From SAR202 cluster bacterium bin22 (GTDB lineage: Bacteria > Chloroflexota > Dehalococcoidia > Lucifugimonadales > UBA3495): DNA of 64,000 bases. How positions within the stretch are numbered: position 1 is the stretch's first letter; each line of letters starts with the position of its first letter. The position numbers were made by a program, and so were the translations under genes. Positions 20,553 through 30,513 of this stretch are shown here, piece by piece. The stretch covers positions 19,845 through 83,844 of the forward strand of contig MPMM01000014.1 of NCBI GenBank assembly GCA_002238505.1, in the 5' to 3' direction. A model generated the notes under the pieces. That model saw only the letters and a program-made list of their open reading frames with translations. It had not been told where the DNA came from and did not search any database.

Positions 20553-21350
20553 ATGCCAATGAAGAATCCGCCACACCCCGGACGGTCAATTTACAGGGAC
20601 TGCATTGAACCGCTGGGTATGAGCGTCGAGGAAGCCGCCAGGGTTATGGGGGTTGGCCAGAAAGAGCTGTGGAGTTTAATCCGTGGTGAATCTTCAATAA
20701 CATTCGCCCTGGCTGTGAGTTTGGACAAATTGTTCGGCGGTGGCGCTTCAACTTGGTATGAACTTCAGTCTCAATACGACAAGGCACAGGGTCAAGTAGA
20801 AGAGGATAGGCCCACCGAACCTGCGATTTCTATAGTCCACCAGCAGACAGCCACTGTTCCGCTGGCACATGGCCGAGTCGTTTATACGACTTACGACTCG
20901 GAAGTTGTAGCTCTCGACGTTGTGCCTTCCAACAACCCCACACTGTCGGGGGACCCAAACTATGATCGGGTAGAATTTCGTTTTGTGGGAGAGGGGCCCG
21001 GAGCGGTCCAGATTCAGATGATATATCAGCCCGGTGTCGATGCCACACCGAGAGTAGTGGCCGACGTTCTTTTCAGGGCGTACCTGCAATGGAATGCCGA
21101 AGCAGACGAGTATGTGGGTCACATTGACAGAGTAGAGTGGAATCGAGAGACCCAGAAACTGAATGAAGGTAGAGAAACAATGGATGCTCTCTATTATGAG
21201 ATTCAGGAGGATTCTCCGGTTGCCACACACAAAACCAAGAATCCTGCAGAGGGGCGCCCGGAAATCTACGTTGAAGCACTGAGGGAATCAGAAGCACTTT
21301 TGCAATATGGGACAGGTGTAGTACGTTCATTGGAACTGGCAGTGATTTGA
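20553..21350 (+). CDS. higA: HigA-type HTH antitoxin fused to a ~180-aa C-terminal domain of unknown function
   Basis: The N-terminal ~80 aa (HPGRSIYRDCIEPLGMSVEEAARVMGV...ITFALAVSLDKLFGG.ASTWYELQSQYD) form a HigA Xre-type HTH. The rest matches no family I can recognise. The start could be 20553 or 20559. Confidence 0.75.
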   Translation: MPMKNPPHPGRSIYRDCIEPLGMSVEEAARVMGVGQKELWSLIRGESSITFALAVSLDKLFGGGASTWYELQSQYDKAQGQVEEDRPTEPAISIVHQQTATVPLAHGRVVYTTYDSEVVALDVVPSNNPTLSGDPNYDRVEFRFVGEGPGAVQIQMIYQPGVDATPRVVADVLFRAYLQWNAEADEYVGHIDRVEWNRETQKLNEGRETMDALYYEIQEDSPVATHKTKNPAEGRPEIYVEALRESEALLQYGTGVVRSLELAVI

Positions 21351-21413
21351 TGACTGCCCTGGATGTCATGTCTTCCCGTCATCCCTCACTCTTTCCCCCG
21401 GAGAGGCTCCTAA

Positions 21414-22193
21414 TTGCAGTACACCAACATCATCCTTGAAACCGCCGACCGGGTTGCCACCATACGCCTTAACCGGCCCGATGCCCTGAACGCCCTGAAC
21501 CTGGAACTGCTGGCGGAGTTTTCCCACGCGGTGAAGGCGGTGGGCGAGGACGAATCGGTCAAGGCGCTGGTCATCCGGGGCGAGGGTCGGGCCTTCTGCG
21601 CCGGGGCGGACCTGCTTTTCTTCGACACCGTTTTTGATGAGATTTCCCTTTTGCCCCCCTACGTGAAGCTGCTGAATGAGTGCTTTTTCCAGCTTGAAGA
21701 CCTGCCCGTTCCGACCATTGCGGTAGTTCACGGGTTTGCCCTGGCCGGAGGACTGGAACTGGCGCTGGCCTGCGATATGACCCTTGCCGCCGAGGACGCA
21801 CGCCTGGGCGACCAGCACGCCAACTTTGGACTGATGCCCGGCGGGGGCTCTACCCAGCGTTTGCCCCGGCGTGTGGGGATGCAGCGGGCCATGGAATTGC
21901 TGACCACCGGCCGCTGGCTTTCCGGGAGCGAGGCGGTGGAATGGGGCCTGGCCTTGCGGGCGGCGCCGCAGGAAGAGCTGGATGCGGAACTGGAAGGGTT
22001 GCTGGGCCAGCTTCGGGGCAAGAGCCGTACCGGGTTAAGCTGGATAAAGTCCATTACCCGGCAGGGTCAGGACCTGCCGCTCCGGGCGGGAGTTGACCGG
22101 GAAGGGATGGATTTCGTGCAGTATTTCGCAACTTCCCCCCATCCCAGGGAAGGAATTCAGGCCTTTAAAGAGAAGCGGCAACCCGAATTCTGA
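21414..22193 (+). CDS. Enoyl-CoA hydratase/isomerase (crotonase) family
   Basis: RPDALNAL, GEGRAFCAGADL, GGGSTQRLPRRVG are typical crotonase motifs. Confidence 0.88.
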   Translation: MQYTNIILETADRVATIRLNRPDALNALNLELLAEFSHAVKAVGEDESVKALVIRGEGRAFCAGADLLFFDTVFDEISLLPPYVKLLNECFFQLEDLPVPTIAVVHGFALAGGLELALACDMTLAAEDARLGDQHANFGLMPGGGSTQRLPRRVGMQRAMELLTTGRWLSGSEAVEWGLALRAAPQEELDAELEGLLGQLRGKSRTGLSWIKSITRQGQDLPLRAGVDREGMDFVQYFATSPHPREGIQAFKEKRQPEF

Positions 22194-22257
22194 AGCGGAA
22201 TGCGGGCATTAAATGTAAATTAATTGTTACAAAATGTACAAAGGCGAAAAAATGCCC

Positions 22258-22285
22258 TTGACTTGATAAGAAAAATGGGTAGAAT
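22258..22285 (+). promoter_or_regulatory. Sigma70-like promoter for the SelW-like gene
   Basis: ttgact (22258-22263), 16-nt spacer, tagaat (22280-22285), in an AT-rich island. RBS aaggagg at 22312-22318. Confidence 0.55.
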
Positions 22286-22323
22286 TATAAGAACTCTAGA
22301 GCATGCCTAACAAGGAGGAACCT

Positions 22324-22608
22324 ATGGAAGGCAAAGTCCAGCTTGAGATCACCTACTGCGTACCTTGACAGCACCACGCTACCGCCACGTGGATGGCGAA
22401 TGAATTCTTCCGCACTTATGGTCCCGACGCTGCAATAACGATTTCCCCGCGCGGCCAGGGTATCATGGAAGTATTTGTGGACGGCGAGAAGATCTTCGAC
22501 AAGAAGGCCGAAGGCAACACCTACCCCGACCTGGCTCGGGTTCGCAAGATGAAGGAAGTAATCACCGAGCGAATTAGCAGCCTGGAAGCCGTTCCCGCTG
22601 ATAACTAG
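22324..22608 (+). CDS. SelW/Rdx-family protein, predicted selenoprotein (in-frame UGA at 22366-22368)
   Basis: The ATG at 22324 sits 5 nt after aaggagg. Translation reads MEGKVQLEITYCVP[TGA]QHHATATWMANEFF..., which gives the Rdx-family CxxU redox motif. The ORF track starts only at Met 22393. Confidence 0.65.
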
Positions 22609-22661
22609 CTTTTATAACGCCGGTCGGCCTCGGCAACCGGCTTAACGGAAGACCAACAAAA

Positions 22662-22686
22662 AGCCCCGCTACCTGGTAGCGGGGCT
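22662..22686. terminator. Bidirectional intrinsic terminator hairpin between the SelW-like gene and tmk
   Basis: agccccgctacc-t-ggtagcggggct, a 12-bp stem. An A-run lies on the left (T-run for the minus-strand tmk transcript) and tagcttt on the right. Confidence 0.7.
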
Positions 22687-22758
22687 TAGCTTTGTGCCTT
22701 TCTGGCCGGGAGGAATGTCCGTTCCGGCTCTCGCCGGGCCGGGTGCGGTGCGGTCAGG

Positions 22759-23514
22759 TCAAGTGGCCTGGGGCCACAACTCTCCCTGGGGGCCAGGGTT
22801 TACTGGGGTAGGAGATTCGGCCGTGGCGGCAGGCTCAGCCTCGTCCGGGTACAGGCGCTCCCTGGTCAGCTTCCAGACCTCTTCCTGGACACTCTCAATG
22901 GGCCCAAGGGCGTCTATCACCACCCATTTGTCATGGTGGGCTTCGGCCTGCGCCCGGAACCCCTCCCTGGCCTTGTTGTGAAACTCCAGGTCCAGGTCCT
23001 CAAAGCGGGTGCCTTCTGCGTTCCTTTGCATGGGCGCCAGGCCTCCGGAAGCGTCCGGGGAGAAGGATGTCTGGAAAGACATGGCCCTGCGGATACCGGC
23101 CTCCGGGGAGAGATCCAGGAGAATGGTCAGGTCCGGCGCTGCGGGTCCGGCAGCGAATCGGTTGAGGGACTCAATAACCTGCAGGTCCAGGCCGCGCCCG
23201 TAGCCCTGGTAGGCGATGGTTGAGCCGAAAAAGCGGTCGGCGATTACCACCTGGCCGGCAGCCAGCGCCGGCAGTATCTGGGAGGTGACCAGTTCCGTCC
23301 GTGCCGCCTCGAAGAGGAGGAGTTCCGCTTCCGGGGACAGGGGCCGCTCGCTTTTGAGGTACTCGCGGAGGTATTCGCCCAGTTCTGTGCCGCCGGGCTC
23401 TCGCACCAGCAGGTGAGGAGTCTGCCGCTCGGCAAGCCGTTCGGCCAGCAGCAGCGACTGGGTGGTCTTTCCGGCCCCCTCGCCGCCCTCAAAGGCTATG
23501 AACAGTCCGGCCAC
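22759..23514 (-). CDS. tmk: Thymidylate kinase (with ~40-aa C-terminal extension)
   Basis: P-loop FEGGEGAGKTT, DRF motif (IADRFFGST), lid region. Confidence 0.9.
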   Translation of the reverse strand: MAGLFIAFEGGEGAGKTTQSLLLAERLAERQTPHLLVREPGGTELGEYLREYLKSERPLSPEAELLLFEAARTELVTSQILPALAAGQVVIADRFFGSTIAYQGYGRGLDLQVIESLNRFAAGPAAPDLTILLDLSPEAGIRRAMSFQTSFSPDASGGLAPMQRNAEGTRFEDLDLEFHNKAREGFRAQAEAHHDKWVVIDALGPIESVQEEVWKLTRERLYPDEAEPAATAESPTPVNPGPQGELWPQAT

Positions 23515-23697
23515 CGGGCACCTCTTTTGACGCTGTTTTCGTCCATCCCCGGGGGCTGGCGGTGTCTGGTGGACAGACCTGGAAGGGGGCCGGCGTATAG
23601 AGCCCGTTCTTGCGCCCGTTGTTGGGCTGGTTTTGCCGGCGCCGGCATTGCATCGTTAGTAGACATTCGCGCTTATTCGTGGAGCAGTCCCGCGCCC

Positions 23698-25452
23698 CTA
23701 GGGCCGGTAAATGAGCACAGACCGTTCCGGTTCACGGCCCCGGCTGGTGGAGGCCAGGCTGAAACGTTCGGCGAGCAGGTGCTGCAGCCGGCGGACGTAG
23801 GCTCGCTGGGGGTTCAGCTGAACGCTGAATTCGCCGCCCATTATTCGCTGGGCCGCCTCTTCGGCTTCCATCATTGCCTGGTCCAGGGTTTCCCTGGGCG
23901 CCGTCTCATCGCGGGGGCGACCGCCCCGGACGGGCACGCCCTGTTCCCTGGCCAGCATCCGCAGGAAATCGTTTATCTGGGGCAGGGTATTCTTGCGAAG
24001 AACGTAAACCGGGGTGCCGGTGGACTCGGCGGAACGCACCAGTTGCGCGCCCCGGCGGTAGTGGGTCTTGGTAGTGAGGACCAGGGAGGCGCGGCGGAGT
24101 TCGTTGACGACGGACACGGTCAGTCCCATATCCGCCTGGGCCGAATCCATCTTGTCCCTGCTGACCCCGAACAGGAAGACCTGGGCATTCAGGTTGCGGG
24201 CGCCGTTCTCACTGACAGTTCCCGCCGGTTCGGCATCCGGGGTCTCCCCCGCTTCATCGTGAGTTCCGTTATCCAGGTAGCCCTGCCGGGCTTGAGAGGG
24301 AGGGTTGTAGGGCGGCGCCATTTGGCGGTCCTGTCCCCTGCCCTGGCGCCGGTCGGAACGGCGCCCCCGGTTTCCGTAGTCCTGGTTCCGGCCGCCAAAG
24401 TCCTGTTCCCAGGGAGCCGGTGGGTCTGCGTTGGGTCGGGGGTCGCCCTCGCGTTCAATAACCTCGCCCTCGTCGTCCAGGCTGCGAATGACCGGAACGA
24501 TGGGATAGCCCCGCAGCCACTGGTCCACCACCTGGGCGACGCCGTCGTGAACCGCCACCTGCTCCCAGCTTTGGATCTCGACCACCACGTCAAAGGTGGG
24601 GGGCGCCTTGCGTTCCAGCACCGTTTTCTGGGTGCCCCGGTAGCGAGCTTCCTGGTCGCCCAGGGTAACAGACTGGATGCCGCCCACCAGGTCGGAGAGG
24701 GTGGGGTTGAGGATAAGGTTGTCCAGGGTATTGCCGTGGGCCGTGGCGATGAGCTGAACGCCCCGCTCGGCGATGGTGCGGGCGGCGGCGGCCTCTTCCT
24801 CGGTGCCCATCTCGTCGATGATGATTGTCTGGGGCATGTGGTTTTCCACCGCCTCGATCATCACCCCGTGCTGCCTGGTGGGGGTGGCCACCTGCATGCG
24901 GCGGGCATGGCCGATGGCGGGATGGGGCACGTCGCCGTCTCCCGCGATTTCATTGGAAGTGTCAACGATTACCACCCGCTTGCGGGCGTTGTCGGCCAGC
25001 ACGCGGGCCACCTCGCGCAGCATGGTAGTTTTGCCCACGCCGGGCCGCCCCAGCAGGAGAATGTTCTTGTTGGCAAAGGCCAGGTCTTCGATAATCTTGA
25101 TGGTGCCGAATACCGCCCGGCCGGCGCGGCAGGTTATGCCCACCACCTGCCCCTTGCGGTTGCGAATGGCGGAGATACGGTGGAGAGTCCGTTCCATGCC
25201 GGCCCGGTTGTCGTCGCCGAAGTCGCCGATCTGCTTAACCAGGTAGTCCAGGTCTTCGCGGGTAACCTCGCGGTCGTCCAGTATGATGTCCCCGGTGGGG
25301 AAGCGGGCTTCCGGCAGGCGGCCCAGGTCGAGCACCACCTCCAGGAGGTCGGCCAGGTTCTCCTCACCGACCAGGCTGCTTTTCACCCGGGGCGGCAGGA
25401 CCTCCAGCAAACGCTCCATTTCTGCCTGTACCAGCTCTTGCGCTGCTACCAA
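23698..25452 (-). CDS. AAA ATPase of the SpoIIIAA/Ycf45 type with C-terminal R3H-like domain
   Basis: Walker A GRPGVGKTT, Walker B IIIDEMG. Disordered R/G/D-rich linker. C-terminal LNPQRAYVRRLQHLLAERF resembles R3H. Confidence 0.75.
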   Translation of the reverse strand: MVAAQELVQAEMERLLEVLPPRVKSSLVGEENLADLLEVVLDLGRLPEARFPTGDIILDDREVTREDLDYLVKQIGDFGDDNRAGMERTLHRISAIRNRKGQVVGITCRAGRAVFGTIKIIEDLAFANKNILLLGRPGVGKTTMLREVARVLADNARKRVVIVDTSNEIAGDGDVPHPAIGHARRMQVATPTRQHGVMIEAVENHMPQTIIIDEMGTEEEAAAARTIAERGVQLIATAHGNTLDNLILNPTLSDLVGGIQSVTLGDQEARYRGTQKTVLERKAPPTFDVVVEIQSWEQVAVHDGVAQVVDQWLRGYPIVPVIRSLDDEGEVIEREGDPRPNADPPAPWEQDFGGRNQDYGNRGRRSDRRQGRGQDRQMAPPYNPPSQARQGYLDNGTHDEAGETPDAEPAGTVSENGARNLNAQVFLFGVSRDKMDSAQADMGLTVSVVNELRRASLVLTTKTHYRRGAQLVRSAESTGTPVYVLRKNTLPQINDFLRMLAREQGVPVRGGRPRDETAPRETLDQAMMEAEEAAQRIMGGEFSVQLNPQRAYVRRLQHLLAERFSLASTSRGREPERSVLIYRP

Positions 25453-25453
25453 T

Positions 25454-26467
25454 TCATGCCTCCACCGGCGCCATTCCGTACTGCATGGCCGGAACGGTCA
25501 CCATTTTCACCATCATATTATATTCGCCGGCTGCCCTGCCTCCCCGGTCCAGCAGCCTGTCCGCAATGGGCGCCTGGTAGTCGGGCACCAGCCACCGCAG
25601 GCGCGAGGTTCGGGACGAGGCAAAAGCCACCAGTTGGTAGAGCAGTTCCGGATGGTCCGGGTGGGCCATAACCTCGGCCGCAGCGGACCCGGCCCGGCCG
25701 GAAAGTTTTACCCAGCCCTGAATCCGGCTGGATTCTTCTACTATCCACTCCTGCTGCCGCAGGGGAGCTACGCCCCGGGAACCGGGCTCACGAGCGTCTC
25801 GCCACTGTTCGAAGGTAAGCCCCATGGCCTGCCTCACCCGAATTGGCGTGGCAGCGCAGTAAAGCTGGAAGACGCCGTATTCGTCGGAGGGCAGCCTGGG
25901 CCTCAGCGCACCCGCCAATGGCTGGGAATCGTGGGCTGACGAGCCATTGGCGCCGGAAAGGACCGGTCCCTCCACCAGGGTTTCGCCGCATACGGCGATG
26001 AAGCCGCTCCGGCGCGCCAGGGGGATAACCGGGCTGCCGCCGGTCACCCGCAAGAACACCCGCTCACCGGCGCGTTCACCCACGGCCCGGAATGTTTCCT
26101 CCAGCAAGGCCAGGGCCTCTGCTTCTCCTTCACTCAATTCACGGCAATGCTCGCCGGCGCTGGCCGAGACGCCGCTGGACGTTGACGGGGCGACCGACGG
26201 CAGGTACAGGCCATCCAGTTCCCAGGCGCGGTGTCCTGACCTGGTGCGGGCAGATGCCAGCCCGGACAAGCGGGTACCCTGCCAGTGGGCCAGGGCCACC
26301 TGTCCCTTGGGTTGCAACACCGCGCTGCGCCACAGGCTGGCCCCGTTGTAGCGCGATTTGCTGATATTCAATGTTGGGCCGGGGCAAGCGAGGTTTGGCC
26401 CCCTGGGCGCGTTCAACAGGGTGCAGCGCAATGCGTCGGTAATGCGAAGGGACTGCACGCTCGACAT
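25454..26467 (-). CDS. Hypothetical protein (possibly tandem GNAT-like folds), translationally coupled to the ATPase
   Basis: 337-aa ORF with a coding-like third-position GC bias. Its stop is 1 nt from the ATPase start. No motif recognised with confidence. Confidence 0.5.
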   Translation of the reverse strand: MSSVQSLRITDALRCTLLNAPRGPNLACPGPTLNISKSRYNGASLWRSAVLQPKGQVALAHWQGTRLSGLASARTRSGHRAWELDGLYLPSVAPSTSSGVSASAGEHCRELSEGEAEALALLEETFRAVGERAGERVFLRVTGGSPVIPLARRSGFIAVCGETLVEGPVLSGANGSSAHDSQPLAGALRPRLPSDEYGVFQLYCAATPIRVRQAMGLTFEQWRDAREPGSRGVAPLRQQEWIVEESSRIQGWVKLSGRAGSAAAEVMAHPDHPELLYQLVAFASSRTSRLRWLVPDYQAPIADRLLDRGGRAAGEYNMMVKMVTVPAMQYGMAPVEA

Positions 26468-26493
26468 AGGTTCTATCGCCGCCAGCGCAGATT

Positions 26494-27108
26494 CTAGCCG
26501 CCCTGGCCGGAAGGTCCGGCCGGAACCGCCGCCAAATTCAGAAAATACTGGTGCAGACGGGTGTCGCTGGTCAGTTCGGGATGAAAGGCGGTGGCCAGCA
26601 GGTTGCCCTGCCTGACCGCCACGGACTGCCCGTCGGCAAGGGCTGCCAGGGTCTTTACCTTGTCTCCGACCCGCATCACCACCGGCGCCCGGATAAAAAT
26701 GGCGTGGAAGGGTTCGGGTTCCAGCCCGTTGGTGTCCAGCCCGTCGATGTCCAGGTCCTGCTCAAAGCTGTCAATCTGACGGCCGAAGGCGTTGCGCCGC
26801 ACTCCGATGTCCATCAGCTGCAGGGGGACGGGGTCGGCCTCGGTGATTTCGCTGGCCAGCATAATCATGCCCGCGCAGGTGCCCCAGACGGCCTTGCCGT
26901 CCCGGGCCATGGCCTGGACCGGTTCGCGAAGGTTGTAGATGCTCATGAGCCGGCTGAGGGTGGTGCTTTCGCCGCCGGGGATAATGAGGCCGTTGACGTC
27001 GTCCAACTGTTCCGGCAGGCGTACCTCGAGGCACTCCACGTTGAGCTTCCTCAAGATCGCGATGTGTTCCGCGAAATCACCCTGTACGGCCAGTACCCCA
27101 ATTCTCAA
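26494..27108 (-). CDS. pdxT: Pyridoxal 5'-phosphate synthase glutaminase subunit PdxT
   Basis: MRIGVLAVQGDF start, catalytic Cys in GTCAGM, C-terminal FHPELT. Confidence 0.93.
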   Translation of the reverse strand: MRIGVLAVQGDFAEHIAILRKLNVECLEVRLPEQLDDVNGLIIPGGESTTLSRLMSIYNLREPVQAMARDGKAVWGTCAGMIMLASEITEADPVPLQLMDIGVRRNAFGRQIDSFEQDLDIDGLDTNGLEPEPFHAIFIRAPVVMRVGDKVKTLAALADGQSVAVRQGNLLATAFHPELTSDTRLHQYFLNLAAVPAGPSGQGG

Positions 27109-27238
27109 TGCAACTCTGTCCGACGGTTAGGATGGTGAACCCCCTGCGCTGGCGCCACAGCCGGAGCCTTCGGGGCTGGTCCGGAAGGCGTGCCGGCCTC
27201 GCCGGGAGAGGCGAAGGGCCGGGCGCGCTGGCAAAGGG

Positions 27239-28159
27239 TCAGATGCTGCGGGGAGCCAGCAGTTCGTCCTGCGGGATGGAGCGGGCGCTGATGCCCACCA
27301 TCGGCTCTCCCAAATCCTTCGAAACATCGGCCAGAATCTTGGGGTCGTTGTAGTGGGTAACGGCCTGGACGATAGCGTACCCGCGCTGGGCAGGGTCGCC
27401 GGACTTGAAGATGCCGGACCCCACAAACACGCCATCGGCGCCAAGCTGCATCATCAGGGCGGCGTCGGCGGGAGTGGCTACGCCACCGGCGGCGAAGTTG
27501 ACCACCGGCAGACGGCCCTGCTCACGGGTCTGGGTCAGCAGTTCCAGGCTGACGGCCAGGTTGCGGGCCTCCACCACCAGTTCGTCCTCGGGCATGTTCT
27601 TGAGCTTGCGGATGGCGTCCTGCACGGCGCGCATGTGGCGGACAGCCTCAACTACGTCGCCGGTTCCGGCCTCGCCCTTGGTGCGGATCATGGCCGCGCC
27701 CTCCGAGATGCGGCGCAGGGCCTCTCCCAGGTCGCGGCAGCCGCAGACGAAGGGTACCTGGAAGTCGTGCTTCCAGACGTGGTGCACCTCGTCGGCGGGG
27801 GTGAGCACCTCGGATTCGTCGATATAGTCGATGCCGATGGCCTCCAGCACCTGGGCCTCAACGAAGTGCCCGATGCGGCACTTGGCCATTACCGGAATGC
27901 TGACCGTGTCCATTATGTTCTGAATGATGGAGGGGTCGGTCATGCGGGCCACGCCGCCGTCGGCGCGGATGTCGGCGGGGACGCGTTCCAGGGCCATAAC
28001 GGCTACGGCGCCGGCCTCCTGGGCAATCTTGGCCTGCTCGGCGTTCACCACATCCATGATGACGCCGCCCTTGAGCATCTGGGCGTGACCTGCCTTGACG
28101 GTATAGGTACCGGTTAGAACGTCAACCATAACCAACATCCTCCGAGGGGGATAGGGCAA
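27239..28159 (-). CDS. pdxS: Pyridoxal 5'-phosphate synthase lyase subunit PdxS
   Basis: [38 protein letters not shown] and FVGSGIFKS. The true start is probably a few codons inside the ORF. Confidence 0.95.
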   Translation of the reverse strand: MPYPPRRMLVMVDVLTGTYTVKAGHAQMLKGGVIMDVVNAEQAKIAQEAGAVAVMALERVPADIRADGGVARMTDPSIIQNIMDTVSIPVMAKCRIGHFVEAQVLEAIGIDYIDESEVLTPADEVHHVWKHDFQVPFVCGCRDLGEALRRISEGAAMIRTKGEAGTGDVVEAVRHMRAVQDAIRKLKNMPEDELVVEARNLAVSLELLTQTREQGRLPVVNFAAGGVATPADAALMMQLGADGVFVGSGIFKSGDPAQRGYAIVQAVTHYNDPKILADVSKDLGEPMVGISARSIPQDELLAPRSI

Positions 28160-28475
28160 ACTTAAGCTTCAAAGCTATATTCGAGTGTATTATACGGCCT
28201 GAACCCGTTGCTAATCAATTGCCTTTGGGACAGGGGCAATGGGGTCTTGATGACGGATGTGCGCCCAAGCGGGAGTCAGGCCGCCCTGGGCCTGCCGAAG
28301 GGGCTGAACTCCCTTGCTGCAGACCGGGACTCGGGTCCGGAAGGTGTTTTGGGGGATGGAGTTTTGATTCTTCGGCTACGCTCAGAATGACCGCCTTGCC
28401 AGTTCAGGGTGGCAATCCATTAAGGCGCGATTGCCCTGCCCCTTGGCCAGGACACTTGCATTCTCCAATGTCAGT

Positions 28476-29156
28476 TCAGCGTTCGAGGTCGTCGAGGATT
28501 CCACACCGCACCGCCCACACCACCATCTCCTGGTTCGAACCGGACGCCGTCTTGTCGTGAATCCGGTAGATGGTGTTCCGCACATTGGAGCGGCTGGTTC
28601 CAAACTCCTCCGCGATCTGAGCGTAGGACAACCCTTCGCAGAACTTAACCAGGATATCCCGCTCCCGGGGAGTGAGCACACTCGCCTCCGGGGAGCGGGA
28701 CCGGAGGTTGTCATGGCGTATGCGGCTGGCCGCGCGGCGCAGTTCGTTGGCCGTAAGCTGGAAACGCCCCTCGGCAACATCTCGCAGGGACTCCACCAGA
28801 CGGTCGGCGCTGGAGTCCTTGACCAGGTAGCCCGTCGCGCCCGCCGCCACCGACTCGACTACAGCCTCGGAAGAGTTGGAAGCAGTCAACATCAGCACCC
28901 GGATCTCCGGTTGCAGTTCCGTAATGTCGCGGCAGGCATCGATGCCATTCTTCACCGGCATGAGCAGGTCCATGACTATCACGTCAGGGTCCAACTCTCG
29001 CGCCATCTGGACTGCTTCCTCCCCGTCGTGGGCCACGCCGACAACGTCGAACTCGCCCGAGTGCCTGAGCACCTGCCGGATGCCCTGGCCCACTATCGGA
29101 TGGTCGTCTGCAACCAGGACCCGTTTTTTCCGATTACCTGACATATCAACCTCCAA
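28476..29156 (-). CDS. NarL/LuxR-family response regulator
   Basis: Receiver domain (VLVADDHP..., DLLMP) plus LuxR HTH (LTPRERDILVKFCEGLSYAQIAEEF). Confidence 0.9.
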   Translation of the reverse strand: MEVDMSGNRKKRVLVADDHPIVGQGIRQVLRHSGEFDVVGVAHDGEEAVQMARELDPDVIVMDLLMPVKNGIDACRDITELQPEIRVLMLTASNSSEAVVESVAAGATGYLVKDSSADRLVESLRDVAEGRFQLTANELRRAASRIRHDNLRSRSPEASVLTPRERDILVKFCEGLSYAQIAEEFGTSRSNVRNTIYRIHDKTASGSNQEMVVWAVRCGILDDLER

Positions 29157-30513
29157 CTGCCGCGCGGGGCAGAGGCACGCGGCAGGTTACAGTAGTACCC
29201 CCGTTCGGTTCCGCCGGTCCGACCTCAAGTCTGCCATCCATACGCGCGGCATCGGCTTCCATTCCGGTGAACCCGCGCCCCCGACGGGCATAGTCCTCCG
29301 GCAGACCGACACCGTTGTCCGTGATGGACAGGCGTATCCATTCTTGGCCGAAATCCAGGATGACCTCGACCCGGTCTGCCTCCGAATGAAGCAGGGCATT
29401 GGTGAGGGCGTTGTGCGCCACGGAGAACAGGCCAACCCGTACATCCACTGGCAGGGGGACCTCGTCCCCCAGTTGCACCACCTCGGCGGCCACCGACGCA
29501 ACCCTCCCGAAGGTCTCGGTGTGAACCCGCAGGGTTTCCGTTAGATCAGTTCCCACGAAGACCAGGCCGGTGTCAATGGGCCGTCTCAGTTCCCAGACGA
29601 TAGATCTGGAAAGCACGGACAGGGCTGCCAGGCTGCCGCTTAGCTCCTCATTGGCATCGCCTGCGAGTGTTCGGGCCGTGTCAACACCCAGCCTAAGGGT
29701 GTAGGCGGTCTGGGCCACGGTGTCGTGGATCACCTGGGACATTTCCAGACCCTGCTCCAACAGGGCACGCTGGCGTTCCTCCGAATGGTGACGCCTGGTC
29801 CGCTCGCGCCAGGCTACCAGGTTCACACTCGACATGACAGCGTACATACAGAAAAGTCGGAGGGCCAGCACTTCCTCTTCATTGGCCTGCAGATCCAGGC
29901 CGGAGCCCACGAACAGGGACAAAACCCCGTACACCGCCGCAATCACAGTCGCCCAGAGGATGCCGACGACAAAGGACGGGCAGGCCACCGCGACCAGGGC
30001 TAAAGACGGATAGTAGGCCAGGTAATAGAAGTTGTCGAAACCACCTTCTGCGAACACCGCCGATGTGACCAGCACAAAATCCATGGCGCTGAGCGCCAGA
30101 ACCGCCGCCCAGGAAACTGACCTGCCGGTGGCCAGTCGGTAGTGTACCAAGCCGTTGCCGGAGACGTAGAAGAGATGCAGTACGACAAAGGGAAGGTAAG
30201 TGCCCCCCTGGAGATCGGGTCGGTACACCGCCTCAGCAATCACCATCAGCCAACTGGCCCAGCGCCACCAGACGGACACCCAGGCGGCATAACTCAGTGC
30301 ACTGTCGTCGGACCACCCAGCCTCTACAATCTCCCGCCGCACGGACCGGAAACCCGCCTTCAAGAACGGAAGAAGAAACCGGTTGGGCCCGACTCTGGCA
30401 TCAGCAATCTGCTTGCTCACGATTCGCCCTCTGTCACCAGGAAAACTGGCAAGGGTAGCCAATACATAACACTGCCCGAGTATAGACCAACTGCCTGACA
30501 GACCGAAGGCCAA
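29146..30513 (-). CDS. Membrane sensor histidine kinase (HisKA_3 / NarX-like)
   Basis: Multi-TM N-terminus, H-box region IHDTVAQTAY, ATPase N-box AHNALTNALLHS, DNGVG. Overlaps the regulator start by 11 nt. Confidence 0.85.
   Translation of the reverse strand: MAFGLSGSWSILGQCYVLATLASFPGDRGRIVSKQIADARVGPNRFLLPFLKAGFRSVRREIVEAGWSDDSALSYAAWVSVWWRWASWLMVIAEAVYRPDLQGGTYLPFVVLHLFYVSGNGLVHYRLATGRSVSWAAVLALSAMDFVLVTSAVFAEGGFDNFYYLAYYPSLALVAVACPSFVVGILWATVIAAVYGVLSLFVGSGLDLQANEEEVLALRLFCMYAVMSSVNLVAWRERTRRHHSEERQRALLEQGLEMSQVIHDTVAQTAYTLRLGVDTARTLAGDANEELSGSLAALSVLSRSIVWELRRPIDTGLVFVGTDLTETLRVHTETFGRVASVAAEVVQLGDEVPLPVDVRVGLFSVAHNALTNALLHSEADRVEVILDFGQEWIRLSITDNGVGLPEDYARRGRGFTGMEADAARMDGRLEVGPAEPNGGTTVTCRVPLPRAAVGG

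Noticed and set aside
23413-25671. 752-aa plus-strand ORF, the longest in this part of the track
   Set aside because: It lies antisense to the well-supported R3H ATPase gene. The translation is Gly/Ala/Arg/Pro-rich with no motifs, the typical shadow ORF of high-GC DNA. The same reasoning applies to 19084-20367, 660-1490, 15327-16265, 31701-32735, 39286-40242, 41870-42760, 44219-45472 and 44310-45320.
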